A DNA stretch of 57,710 bases, counting the filler, from Dirinaria sp. TL-2023a (lineage: Eukaryota): the NCBI GenBank assembly GCA_051941275.1. It is 4 parts of 4 records of this genome, joined end to end, with 100 filler letters (N's around TTAATTAATTAA, not from the genome) between each part and the next. Parts side by side here need not be neighbours in the genome. Positions count along the whole stretch, not along the records: positions 14,508 to 28,893 come from JAVEBF010000610.1; positions 28,994 to 43,336 come from JAVEBF010000611.1; 2 more parts are not named here. One strand, given 5' to 3'. The position numbers and the translations under genes are program-made. Below the pieces are notes generated by a model. It ran no database searches. It saw nothing but the letters and a program-made list of their open reading frames with translations, and was not told the origin of the DNA. Of this stretch, positions 24,180 to 37,009 are shown piece after piece (position 1 is the first letter of the stretch; each line of letters starts with the position of its first letter).

Positions 24180-26192
24180 GGAGCGTTAGCTGAACCTGAT
24201 CGGATGTGCCATTATATGATAGCAACGCTCGATCGACGGTTCTGGTCAAAGGCTGGTTGAGAGAGTTGAGATTTGAAAGCCGCTGCGAGGTGCAGATGCC
24301 TGATTGGGACTGCTCTGATCTGTATCTCTGAACTGCCAATTTAATGATCTACATTGTCGGATGAGGACCATAGAACGTTCTAAGGCGAACATTTGATGAG
24401 CAGATATTGCTCCTCCATCAAGCCATGGGGTAGTAACAATTTTCAGTATCCTGTCTTACTTGTAGATCACTATTGTCGCCACCTTTCCGGACAGCTGGGC
24501 GCCATAGTGCTTAGAGAGTCGTCTGCGGCCTATCAGATGTTTTCAAAAACATTCTTCCAAATCTTCAGAATCTGCCCGTCCCTCTGATAGTGCTTATGCC
24601 ATGTGACAGAGGCTTGTATGGAAGTAGCAGTACTGAGGTCACCTTATTGTAGTACTGAGTGGAAGTAAGGTACCTGGGCTTACATTGCTTTTCCTCGCTC
24701 GGCTTGGTCTCACATCCCATTGCCCTCCCACCACGCGCTTGTGGAAAGGGGCGAAGGTATGTTTCCGGTATCCGCGGCATTACTGTTAACGAACCTTGAA
24801 TCGCCAAGTCTGAGCTATACAATTTGGATTGTTGAACTGGACGTGGTTGTTAGTAGTAGAGGCACTCATTGATTAGCCGGTTGCTGCCTAGTACGCGTAT
24901 AAGCCATAGACCTTATCCCGTCTCTGTCAATGTAGACCCAATACTGGAACGCTTGATAAGTTCGAGTGTAGTCAACAATTCATTGCGACAGAGGATATCC
25001 GTCAAAGTGCACCCTATCAAAACCCCGAGGAAGGCTTTCCGCAGCTCGTTGCAGTGGGGCGAGCTTGGAACTGATACCCGCTATTGATACCGTGTATTGC
25101 AGAGCGAGCCATCGCCGCCGAAGCTGCTCTTCAGGCATCACGACAATGTCATTCGAACAGTTCGATGAGGCATTCTTCTCCACCACCAGATCTACTCTAG
25201 AAGAAATCGCACCAACTGTTACGCGCTGCACTGAGCCTGTACAGCAATGTCGTGCCAGTGATGGGCAAGTTCACAAGCAATACCGAGAAGAATCGTTTGC
25301 AACGGCATTGCTCTCCAAGCACTTATCACTAAGCTCCAGCCTATTGTTGGCCAGCACTAGGGAGTGTTATAGCGGGACTCTTTTAAGCACGATATATTCC
25401 TTGAGGACAGAGAGGTAGAGAAGGAAAAGCAAAAGATCGCGGTGTCATCTTTCCAGTATAAGCTTCCTCTGCCATTGCCACAATAATATCGAAAGACTGT
25501 CTATAGCTTGTTATATATGTACCTAGCTTGTCTGGTTTGTTCACCTGTAGCATGGTCCTCTCCGAATACCCATTATTTCGAGTGTCAGGGCCCGCGTCCT
25601 GTCCTGATGAAATGATGTCGCGCGAGAATGAGCATGCCATACATTAGTCTTCATAAGCAGGAGTGCATGACTCATATTTGGGCAGCTCTTATCCGACCGT
25701 TCATTATTATTAGTGGGACGGCGTCCGAAACTCACACTGCAGGATCAGAGCACGGCTCATAATAATCACGGATCCTGTCATCTTGGCTGCGCGATCCTTG
25801 CTGACGATGTAAAGTTAGAGGAGGCCTAGCTGAATTGGGACATGATAATCTGTCTGCCTGCTAAAGCTACAGAAGGAATTTCTAATGAGCTGAATGAAAG
25901 GTTGTTCTACACATACCCCATCTCAATTGCCTTGTTTATTTACAATTCGTTTTTTGCAGCTTGATATCTTTCGGCGTTCTTGTGGCGCTTCTCCCCTGTT
26001 ACCATCATCTGTGATCAATCAATGTGATCTCATTGATCCGTTTCGCTGCTAAACGGCTGGATTTTGCACCGCGAGCTGGCTCCCGGCAACCGCTACTACA
26101 TCAACCACAGGACCAAGGACAAGATTGGAGGCAGTGCGAGGCCATCTATGAAGAGGCCAACACTTTCACTGAATGCGGTCAACGTCTAAGAT

Positions 26193-28474
26193 ATGGAAGG
26201 CAGTAGTCGAAGTGCCAGTACAGTCCCACCCAAGGACCGCCTGAGTTGTAAATTGTGCCAGCGAAGGAAGGTTGGCTGCGACAAAGGAGACCCATGTTCC
26301 ACATGCAAACGTGCTGGCGTCAAATGCGAGGTCGCTGTCCGTCAAAGACTTCCCAGAGGTCGCAATGGCGGTCGGAAAAGGGCCGACGCGGAGCTCAAGC
26401 AGCGCATCGGCAGACTGGAAGCATTGGTGACCTCTCTGACTTCAGCAAGCCCGACCAATGAGGCGCCTCCCACCAAAGTAGAGCCTCCCGTGCAGGCAAT
26501 GATCCAGCAGCAAGCTCCAGACCCACGTTCTCTTCCGCCCGAATATATGGATGTGGGGCGTGACATGACCCGATATCTTGGAAGCTCCTACTGGTCTCAC
26601 ATTTGCGAGGAGGTACGCTGCCTCATATGAGCCAGCTGAACGCTGCTTTCGCCGATATTGCTGGGTCCTGATAATGTGGCAGGTAAATGGCCTCCGCGAT
26701 GTGCTGGACGCTTCTTCAGATAGCGAGACCGAGACTCCTGAATCGGACCAAACGCCAGAGGCTACAGCTCCATCAAAGCCTTCAAGCTTTAATTTTGTAC
26801 TGTGCGGACCGGACTCGTTCATGATGGCGCCAGACGCGTTGCAGCGACCCACTCCAGCTATTGTTGAAAAGCTCCTTGCAACCTACTTTACCAACGTCGA
26901 TCCCATATTTAAAATCGTTCATGCCCCTTCTGTAAGGGCGCATCTTCAGGAAAACAGAACCTACCTTGGCCATGCGCCTGGTGATCCTGCGGTCACCGCC
27001 CTGAGCTTCGCAATCTACTATGCTACAATCGCGACATTAAGTCAAGACCACTGCCAATCAGAACTCGGTGAAAGCAAGGTGGCTCTGCGAAATAGGTTCC
27101 GTTTCGGAGTTGAAGCCTCGCTAGCGCAGGCAGACTTCATCAACTCGGGAAAGGTTGCCTGTCTCCAGGCGTTCCTGCTTCTGCTGGTAGGTCGAAGATA
27201 AACCTCGAGAGTCGTTCGAGTCGGGTTTGCCACTAATCATGGCTCAGGTTGCTACGCGAACAGATGACAATAGCCGCTGGACCTGGACGCTGATCTCACT
27301 TGCAGTTCGCATAGCCCACGCTCTAGGGCTGCAGAAGGAAAGTGTCTTGTCATCCATGAGCGTCTTTGAGGCCGAGATGCGGCGCCGAGTATGGCACTGC
27401 ATTTGCATGCTAGATAGTCACTCTTCGAACGACCGAGGATCGGATACACTGATTAAACCTCCAGAATACAACACCTGGCTACCCTCGAATATCAACGATT
27501 CCGATATCTCCCCTGACTCTACTGTCCATCCTGCAGAGCGAGTCGGAATCACAGATATGTCACCAAATTTAATTATCTCATCATCCATGAAACTCTTCTG
27601 GCAGTTAAGTTACGTCCCGCTGGGCGACTGGGAAAGGCCGCCGCTCGAAATGCAGTATGACTGGGGCAAGCGACAAGCTGTGGTGGAGCAGCAGATTGAA
27701 TTTATCCAGGACAAGTTCGTACGGCATTGTAACCCTGAGATATTGCTTCAACGCTTTATGCAAGGAGTGACCACGGCCATATTCCCGCTACTGCGACTGA
27801 TAGCGTTGCGGCCAATCCAACGCCATCCCGCCGCTAAACCGCCTCGAGTGGACAGTGCGGTCATCCTAAGGCTATGCATTAGTCTTTTCGAAGGAACGCA
27901 GGACTTCCACCTCAACCCAGCGATCAAGCAGTGGGGATGGTTTTTCTGGGTCCAATGGCACCCGCTGGCTGTTGCTCTCGCAGAACTGTGTTCATGCACG
28001 GAGGGTCCATTGGTAGAGGCAACGTGGCAGGTGGTAGACGTTTCGTTCCAACAGTTCGCCGAGCTTGTAGCGGACACGACGCGAGGCTTACTCTTCCGAC
28101 CGATCGATAAGCTATATCGAAAGGCCAGAGCGAACAAAGCCGCACGAGATGCTTCAAAAGCGATGGAAAAGCCGCAACAACAAAGACTCGCATATCGTAG
28201 TGGCCAGCTTTCAGATCCGCCTACAAACCGTGCCGCTTCTGTCAAAGCAGAATATCAAGCACCTCCGCAACTGCAGCAGCAGCAGCAGCAACCCTCACCC
28301 AGTGGCACCATGAGCGGTCTTGGCAGCGCGACGGACACGCTGAATCAGGAGTTGGGCCTGGGGGACGAACCGAATGACATGGCGTGGCTGGATTGGGCCA
28401 CTTTCACCGAGGATGTGACGGATCTCAATATGCTTGATCCGATCAACCTGATGGATCCCGCATGGTCTACATAA
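26193..28474 (+). CDS. Zn(II)2Cys6 transcription factor with fungal TF middle-homology region; 3 exons
   Basis: [59 protein letters not shown] and PSNINDSD. Introns at about 26613-26682 and 27187-27247. Confidence 0.92.
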
Positions 28475-28893
28475 GAACCATATACGTTGTCTGCACTCCC
28501 CGTAACTCTCCACTCTGAGCGAACTGTCTGGCGGGTTATGGAACTTTGAAATTAGACATAGAACGCAGCGGTAGATGAAGAATTTATATATACCCCAAGA
28601 TTCGCTGATTACTTACTTACTTAGAGGATTTTCCCAGCCATCAATTACCTCTTTCTTCTCTTCTGAGTGCCAAAATGAAGAAATCGATTTGAGCTCTTAC
28701 TGGATTCATACGTTATCATGGCTGGACGATAAATTTTGGAGAGAGGGAAGAAAGGGGAAATAGTGCGCAGGAGGTAAAATAGTATCCCAGATTTCGATTT
28801 TCAAATGTATTTTGATTTTTTTTTTTTTTAAATTCTTTATTTTGCCCCTCTGCCCTTTTTCGGTTCCGCACTGAATCACACTTCCTATGACAC

Positions 28894-28993
28894 NNNNNNN
28901 NNNNNNNNNNNNNNNNNNNNNNNNNNNNNNNNNNNNNTTAATTAATTAANNNNNNNNNNNNNNNNNNNNNNNNNNNNNNNNNNNNNNNNNNNN
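28894..28993. other. Artificial contig spacer N44-TTAATTAATTAA-N44
   Basis: Identical to the other two spacers. Confidence 0.98.
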
Positions 28994-29256
28994 GTACCTA
29001 CCTTAGGCTTAATATTCCTTTCTTTCCTTCTCCACGCGGGACTATTAAATACCAGGCATGGATAGTCAATGGCTACAGAGGTTGTTTTTCCTCTCTTTTT
29101 TTTTTCTTTCTTTTTTTTTGGTTAACTATATTGTTGAATCTGATTGATTTGTCCCTTCATTCAAGAAAAAGAGAAATCAAACGGATTCAACTTTGCTTTT
29201 TTTTCCAGTTTTCGAGATTCCATTTCTTGATTAAAAGTAGGATTGATTATATTTTC

Positions 29257-29290
<34 letters not shown>

Positions 29291-29417
29291 GCTATTGAGC
29301 CACTTTCTACGTGTATAGTACAAAATATCTTTCCTGACTTGCCAGTCCTTGCCATTTTGCTTCTTCTTCTTTTATCTGGACGAACAACGTTCCCCCCATG
29401 CTTCTACGGGTCTAGAG

Positions 29418-31709
29418 TCACGATTCCGTCGTTCTATCGTATTCCGCATATCCCCTTACTTCTCGATCAATGAGTGGTCCCAAGTACTGTGTTTTGCCCC
29501 AGACGAAGTAGTACACTATACTAAAGCTGATGACTGCGCCCGTGACCAGCACACTGTAATTCATATTCTCCGCCGTTGCCGGCGTAGTGGGTGGCCAGAA
29601 GCTCCAGAACAAAACGAACAGAATATACACGCAGGCAAAGGCGTTATTGATGGTTCCTAGCACGCCAGGGACACGCCACGGTCCCCACATCAAAGGTGGT
29701 TGCGCGATGTCATCTTCCCGTGGCTCACTGATTGCTTGAGGGTTCCCACCAAGGCCCTCTTCATCATCGCTGGTGTAGTCTTTCATTTTGCCCGTAGTGC
29801 GGCGCCAGAGAAGTAAGGAGCAAGGAACGAAGTACGAGCCGTAGAGTCCAGAAACGGAAAGGGAGACGACATCTTCGAAAACCGTGGAGGAGCCAATGTA
29901 GATCAGGGCAAGAAGACAAGGAACGACGGTAACAAGGATAATGGCGACTACGGGAATGGAAGTACGACGCTCGACCTAAGAGTAGCATTAGAAAAGTGCA
30001 AGAAACTTTTTGGTAGCTTGGCTGCTATTAGAGTTGACATAATTGTCAAAACATACCTTACTGATGTACTTGTGGAATGGTAAGCCCCGGTCTCTGGCAA
30101 ATGACCAAGTCATTCGGGAAGCCGTAGCGAGAAAACCGATCACGGCGCATCACGAAAGGCTAATGACAATGGCGATCATTACCGACGCGCCAGCATGAGA
30201 TTTCGTAGCGTTGAAGAAAACCTGAATGAACGGAAATCCAGTGGGCGATTCCTAACTTTGTTAGCACCCCGGCGCGTTTCTCCGGGTTGGTAAATCACCA
30301 GAACAGCTACAGGGTCCCCGAGACAAAAAAGAACTGCAATGACCATTCCAAAGCCCGTCGAGCCATTAAGCACCATGGTAGTGAAAATAACGCGGGGGAC
30401 ATTGACTGCCGCATTCTCAATCTCTTCGGACATCTATTCGAGGCATCAGTCGTATACTTGGAAATCGCGCATGCGGTTCTGTAACACCTACGTGAACAGC
30501 GGCATCGGCCCCTATAAGATGTAGATATCGTCAGTTCTTTCCAAAACCATATACTCTAGCTGACTGTGAAACTTACCAACGAATGTCGCTACATTACCGA
30601 TGAAACCCACACAATAAGAAAGTCCTTGAGTCCGCCAGTTTCCTTCATTTAGCACGGTCTTGAACACGTCCGCGGCTGTCCCGTGTGGAGCGAGATAGAC
30701 CAGTGTGATGAGGATGGCGAAAAATCCCAGGATGTGAAAGATTAGGATGAGACCCTCAATTGCTGGTAAAAGGCCGCTGATGACGGTATTTAAGAACACT
30801 GCTACTGCGATCACCGCCCAACACAAGAAGGTCCCATGGTACTGCTGAGAGTCGTAGGTCGGATAGTTGAGGATGATCAGGCCTTGGATCATGGTACCGA
30901 CAAATATGCTACCGGTGGCCAGAGTCGCAATCCATGCGAGGGATGTAAGCCAGCCTAGAAACCTTGTCAGTCGCCAGCACTGAGACTCCTTCCATGTTGA
31001 GCGCTTGTCCTATGTTCGGGTCTGCCACTCTAGTGCTCTGCATTTCCTGATGGGTAGACCATGGATCCACCGGTACTGTAGCTCAAGAACCTTTTCTTGG
31101 ATCTTGGAGACAGGATTGACACCCAGAAGTACTGGCCGCCGGCAATGGGCACTCTAGTCAACATCATCAGCAGGGAACGAGTATCAATCACAGTGTCCAT
31201 AATCGAAACTTACATTGAAGCTAATTCAGCAATCACCAGATACACTGACAGAGTGCTGAACCATGCGATTATGAAGCCCTAGGCTAAACCAGCAGGCCCG
31301 GCACTAAGGATCCATCAGCTTCATCGGCTGAGACAAGCTTGTCTTGCTGCGAACTTTTGGAATGCTTGGTAAAACAATCTTCGCGTTGCGTCAGCTCCTG
31401 AAGGCACTGAAGTCGAATTCTTGACGGGAGTATTACGCAAGCACGGTTTCCCATGTGATCAGGACAGTACAGCTAAAGCCGAACAGCGAAAGAAAGCCAA
31501 ACCGACGCTACTCTGTTTGTTAAAAGCGTCCCAGATTACATCTCCCTATGATGGTATCTCAAGCTGACCTTCAGGACTTGATTTTTCCCAAGCCGAGCTA
31601 GAGTTCGTGAATCCTTTTGATTTTTGCCTTGGCCCCTCAGCTTCGCGTAGGTTCCACCAGTGATGGTCGGATCCTTTCCGACCTCATGGAGCTCGTGACT
31701 CCCATTCAT
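29418..31709 (-). pseudogene. APC-family amino-acid/choline/GABA permease (Hnm1/Uga4-like) with two in-frame stop codons
   Basis: LARLGKNQVLK-RRFGFLSLFGF, GGQYFWVS, HMSEEIENA and ASRMTWSFARDRGLPF. In-frame TAG at 31281-31279 (GPAGLA*GF) and TGA at 30152-30150 (SLS*CAVIG). All other exons splice in frame. Confidence 0.8.
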
Positions 31710-31848
31710 GGCGATTTGGCACTGCATTGAACGATCTTAGCAACCCAAACTTCCCCAGACGTTGACCAGCGTAAGGTCAGTAGCGTGAGAGATGGGAGGA
31801 CAGTTTTTGTCGCTGAATTGCGCACGACATGATGGGAAAGTGTGTCGC

Positions 31849-31893
31849 AGAGATGCATACATAGATACATACAGAGATGCATACAGAGATGCA
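31849..31893 (+). repeat. 12-bp imperfect tandem repeat (AGAGATGCATAC) upstream of the permease
   Basis: Read directly: agagatgcatac atagatacatac agagatgcatac agagatgca. Confidence 0.8.
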
Positions 31894-32830
31894 GGTAGAG
31901 GTGCGGGAGCGAGAATGCAGCTCTTACGCGCGAGAGCGGTGGCGGCTGGAACAGCCAAACTTCAAACTTGGTTCGAGGGTGCAAAGGTGAAATCAATACC
32001 TTACTGTAAAGTACCCCTCGTCCTCGTACTTGTACCTCAAGGGACTGACACCAAGCCAAGTCATCCGATCACTTGAGAATTTGCATGCCGGGACATTGAG
32101 ATTGAAAGGACACACACTCTTCCTTGATCTTACAGTACTGTACAGTACTCGTACATGGACTGCGAACCGAAAGACACGCGTTGACGGTAATAGGCGGAAC
32201 ATGCAGCACAGCAGCAGCTCGTTCCAGCTGGGCCAATCACAGAAGATCCAAGTGATGCACAATCCTACGGGAAAGACAATTCCGCGCGGGCGGGAAGACC
32301 CATCAGGTTATCTTCTATCCTCTTTTATTTAGTGTCTGCGAGCATTGGCTTAAAAGAATCGATCGCATCCATGTCAAGGCAGCCGGGCGCCTTCCGCATT
32401 GCGCGCAGACCTATCGCTGAAATTTGGGCCGGCCAGTGAGCAGCATTGAGAGGGTCTAGCCAGATGTACAAACTCCCGAAAGCTGCTCTGTACATCCTCC
32501 GATTGGAACGCCGGTGGAGTGTGGCAGCCAGCCTGGCTCAGATGCAGCAGGGGAGACCGTGGATCCATTTCCCGGATGAATGAAATACTAGTGGGGTGTT
32601 ACTGTTCTGTTGGAAATCATGACGTTGTTGCATACACGGTAACGAGTACACCGCAAGAGGGAGGACAGCAAAATCCGTGGATTTGTCAGCGCTATCCCGG
32701 GAAATGGCAAACAGATCCACACTTCTCGACAGCACGTCCTCTGACCTCTACAGAGGCTTTGATGAAGCAGTTTTGATATCTCTTGGCCCCGAGCAGCTGT
32801 GGTTGTGTGAGATCGTGCGTCCAGTTCACG

Positions 32831-34191
32831 CTAATTGTGATACTCCACCTTCCAGCCTCTGGTCTTCGTGATCATGTCCGCCCGACTCGATTGGCTTTCA
32901 CGCTCCCAAATCTCTTCGTTGGGTGGAAATGCCTCCACCCTTGTGGTATTCTCAACAATTAACCCCCCGGGACGGTAGGACAGAGCGTTCTCGGCCTCTA
33001 AATTCTTGCGCCGGATCGAGTCAGCAGCACGAGCTCGGGTGGTTGCTGTAGGGCCATAGTGACTACCTCCGGAGCGCGAGTGGCTTCCTTGGTCGCTGGA
33101 CGCCGCCGGCGTTGTTTTGTGAAGGTGGAAATCCCCCGTCTGCATCATCCCAGATTCCAATCCCACCAGGATATATCTGATATAAGGAATGCAAGCGGTG
33201 ATGATGCTCAGATCCTGCACGAATTTGGTACAGAGATAGAAACGCCAGCTGGTGTGTGTCAGGTCCATTGGGTCGTCTAAAGTTGACAGCTGACTGAGTT
33301 GGGCTCCGATCGCGCCGATGACCCTGGTAAAACATCAATGAGCTACTTTATATTCAGAAAGACGCCTTTCCATACGCGAGTCTCGCCGCAAAACATTCGA
33401 TGACCACAGCCTTCCGTCTTCTGCTTGTCTGGATGTTCCATAAGGCGTACGCGGGGATGCCGATGAGACATAGCTCCGAAACAATGTCGACTACACCATG
33501 AGCGGTCCAGAAAGCTATCTGTGACAGCATTGCTTGTCAGCCATTCCATATGCTTGTGGCTTTAGGCTTCGTCTTGTATCGTACCCTGTTGAAGCAGCGT
33601 ACACTCAACGTTGCCCAAACATTTGGCAGACGGCATTGGAAAGCAGAGGAGAATATGCTGGTAACAGACCACAGGGTGATGAGCACTATGAGAGCCATAG
33701 CGAGCCGTCGGTGTAAATTGATCGGGGTTATTTGGCAAATTAATACGCAAACAGCAACCTTGGAGACCCAAGCGCTAGATGGAATAGCATCGTCGCCGCA
33801 TATTCCGCCTGACAAAGCTCAGCTATTTTGAACACAGAGCCTGAAGTTGGGGTGCACAAGCCTTTTGGTATGTGTCCACCTGAGAAGCATTTAGAGCTTT
33901 TTGCTCACGGCCGACGCCATGGAATATTTGCACGGACAACACGGACGATTGGGCTATCCCAAGAACCTACGAGCCTCCGTTAGCATTGTCACAGAGCAAG
34001 ATCTACACATATACCAGAGCCGACAAGAGCACGCCATCGTCGAAGCCGATTTTTTGACTGGTAAGCATTTTCATTGCCACTTTCGCCATGACAGCAAGAA
34101 TCATTGATATCAGCAGAATCCAGGTCACGAAGGTAACGATGGGTCCGTAGTTGCTAGATGTAATTGCTTCTCGAACAATCAAGCGCAGCAT
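32831..34191 (-). pseudogene. PTH11-like/rhodopsin-domain integral membrane protein with a 1-nt frameshift
   Basis: GFDDGVL, HGVGR, YQK/AEYAA, SKVAV, FQCRLP.W, IAFW..DIVSE and SIITACIPYIR. The frame breaks near 33767-33769, and the intron-2 donor at 33861 is a weak GC. Confidence 0.7.
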
Positions 34192-34993
34192 AATTGCTTC
34201 GTGACGTTTATCGTGAAATCAAAATTTCCAATGAAGATTTGTGGTCGAAAGTAGAAGAAAGACCATTCACTATTCTTCAGAATTGGCAGCAAAGGAGAGG
34301 ACAGACGATAGAATATGAATAGCAATTTGTAGGCGAGCCTGACGTTTACCAACCCCTTGGCTTCGTAGCGAGGTCATAGAGAACCCATTGTACCGCACAT
34401 GCGTCATTTAAAACGCTCGTAGCCTAGCACTGAGTCGGAGTAGCTCAAGCTGGTAGATTAGCGCAAGAGCCTAAGTTTGGTGCCACACATATGCGAACGG
34501 ACGGAGGGTGGCTTGCGAGGCATTAACTGGTCTCGTAATGCATGGGAAATTCCAAAGAAACAATGATATCTGCATTGATTCGGAAGTCGGAAACGAGGGC
34601 TGCAAATTGGTGGGGTCCCCAACCAATCCAATACCAGCTCCAAGTGACAGGCAGCTCTGCCAGAATAAGACCCCACTTCCTTGTCGGCACGTCAAATGTA
34701 TCTGAAATACGTGGCTAATCGAGCACTCGGATGGCTTACCTGAACAGGCAGCAAGCTAGCTGGATATCGAAGCTGCCTTTTCTTACGCCCGGCTCGCTCG
34801 CTTGTTTGCTGCGCCGCAGAATTCAAAAAGCTGATACTGCCTGCAAATCTCCTTCAGAGCTGCTAGAAGGTGTAGGACAGGTTTGAATGGATTCCGCGAA
34901 GAAAATGAAACCTGAAATTGATGCGAGTGTGTCAGCTTCTTATGAACACCAATCTACGGTCAGATGGAGGCTGGGAAAGGGTGTGGTGTCTAT

Positions 34994-36310
34994 TTATAAA
35001 TCGCTAGAGGCTAGGTCCCAAAAGGAAGCAATGTGGTCGACGACCTCATCGCTTCGGCGCACAGGAAAGTCATGGCCCCCTGAAATCCACCTGGTTTCGA
35101 TAGATTCTGTCGCTGTCATCAGTTGAAGCATATCTTCGGATACCTCTTTGCCATTGACGATGCTGTCGTCAGTTCCAAAGATGGCAAGAACCCTACCGCC
35201 CTGAAGCTTGAAGGAGGTAGAAGACGTGTGAGTGGCACCCGCCTCGCCTCTGATGAGTTTTCTTACCCTCTTCCAGTCATTTTGTTGATTCATTATCGGG
35301 CCATACTGGTAGTTGCTGAGGAAGGTATAGAAAAGTCCCTGATGATTGTCGAATTGCCACTGGACAACTGCTGGAATATCGAGGTTCGCTTTGAAACAAG
35401 ACTCAGTATCCATCTTATCATCCGCTTCTTTACGAAGGCCCACGGATTGTTTCTTCAACACCGGCGAAAGTTTCGCACTTATCGACTTTAGCCCATGTGC
35501 TTTCGCCACCAAGCGCTTTAGTCGTGCGGAAGAGCACAACGACGGGTAGTGAAAGAATGGACTACCATAGCCATCAGGCATCCGACGACCAATGCCGCCG
35601 GGGGCCAGGAGAATGACAGATTCCACATATTGGGGATAACGAGATGCAAATGCCATAGCTATGCCCCCGCCCAGCGAATATCCAATGATCGAGAAACCTT
35701 GAGACTTCCATTCCAGCGAGGATGAATCGATTGCAAAGAATACCTGTGTGGTATATAGACGCACATCATGAGGCACATTAAGAGGAGTATCGGAGTAATC
35801 TCTGCCCCAAAGGTCTGCGGAATGTCAAAAATCAGCTCGTCTTATTTGCGTGGAATACCATTATGCAACGTGGGTGGCTTCCCTCTCTGGCAGCTCACGT
35901 CGTTTTCCTTTCCACGTGTAGTTGGATGTCTCTTGCTTACCTAGCATGAGTACCCTACACCGTTTTCTGACCAGCAAGCTTGCAGTAGACGCGAATACCG
36001 GACAAGGTGTTGTATCTCCGTGTACTAACACGACTTTCTTACCATCCGTAGGACCCCATTCGAAAACTCTAAAAGTGCCGTAGGGGCATTCAATATCTCG
36101 GGAGCCGGAAAAGATGTTGGGTGGGTACGGCAATTCTGCAGCTGCGGCTGCACTTATAAAAGGTAGAACCGTAGATCTTGGTGATGGAATGATATCAGAG
36201 ACCGGCCTGCATTCAGAGACAGCTTTGCGCAACCGTAGCATTCGTAGTAGAGATACTACGAGAGCTGGTAACAGCTGCCAAGCAGCTCTTATTTTCTGTG
36301 TCAGATCCAT
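34994..36310 (-). CDS. Alpha/beta hydrolase (Abhydrolase_1), intact triad; 2 exons
   Basis: RVFEWGP, VVLVHG, DLWGRDYSDTP, nucleophile elbow GYSLGG, FGTDDSIV and GGHDFP. Intron at about 35815-35941. Confidence 0.87.
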
Positions 36311-37009
36311 GACTTGGAATGGTGAATACTAAGTCAACGTTTAAAAGCTTTCAGTTAATGTCGATTATTGAGGAGCCTAAGTACGAGCTAGTGACCTACA
36401 TATATCATAAGTGAGAGTCGACACAGCTGACGATGTTCGCACGAGGCAAAGTGTCTAAGAACTATGAAGTTTCATATGACGCAGGCAACCATCCTGATTG
36501 CGTAGACCACAGTATCCTGCGTGCTGTGTTAGACATGGCCCAGCTGCGCCCCTCGAATGCGGAAGAAGTTTTTATGCTGCAAATGGTGCGGTAGTCTCAT
36601 AAACGCAAGATGTTCCACTGATGAACCTGCCATGTTGCGACCTAGGGGCAGCATCGGTAGCAAAAACAGCCACTTTACCAGATGTCAGGTACAGTACCGT
36701 ATTAGTAGTATTAAAACTACGCCAAGCGATCACGTTCTTACCGTATGTAGGTAAAGTAAGGTACCTACCGTATGCTGAGCCAAGAGACTTCAAAACCCCA
36801 ATATCTTACCTGAATTTTAGTATGGTCCATTTATCAGATCTCTTCAATCCTTACACGACTGAATGGCCTTGGTAATTGTTCCGAATCTGAATGCACATCT
36901 CTTTTGTGGCACAGCGCGTGCTGCGCTCAAGGATCAGAACGGTGTAGGAGGAAGGCTATAACGAATCGATTGGCGCTCCAAGATTGCAACAAGCACATGC
37001 AAATGCAGC

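Noticed and set aside
24869..25640. Short ORFs faintly reminiscent of a BTB-domain gene remnant
   Set aside because: The similarity is too weak to support by eye and no consistent exon structure was found.
26193..31709. Zn2Cys6 TF as cluster regulator of the neighbouring permease
   Set aside because: The two genes are separated by an artificial spacer.
31792..32076. ORF with RDAY-like repeats as a RiPP precursor for the DUF3328 gene
   Set aside because: It has no signal peptide and no Kex2-delimited units; it is simply the translation of a 12-bp promoter repeat.
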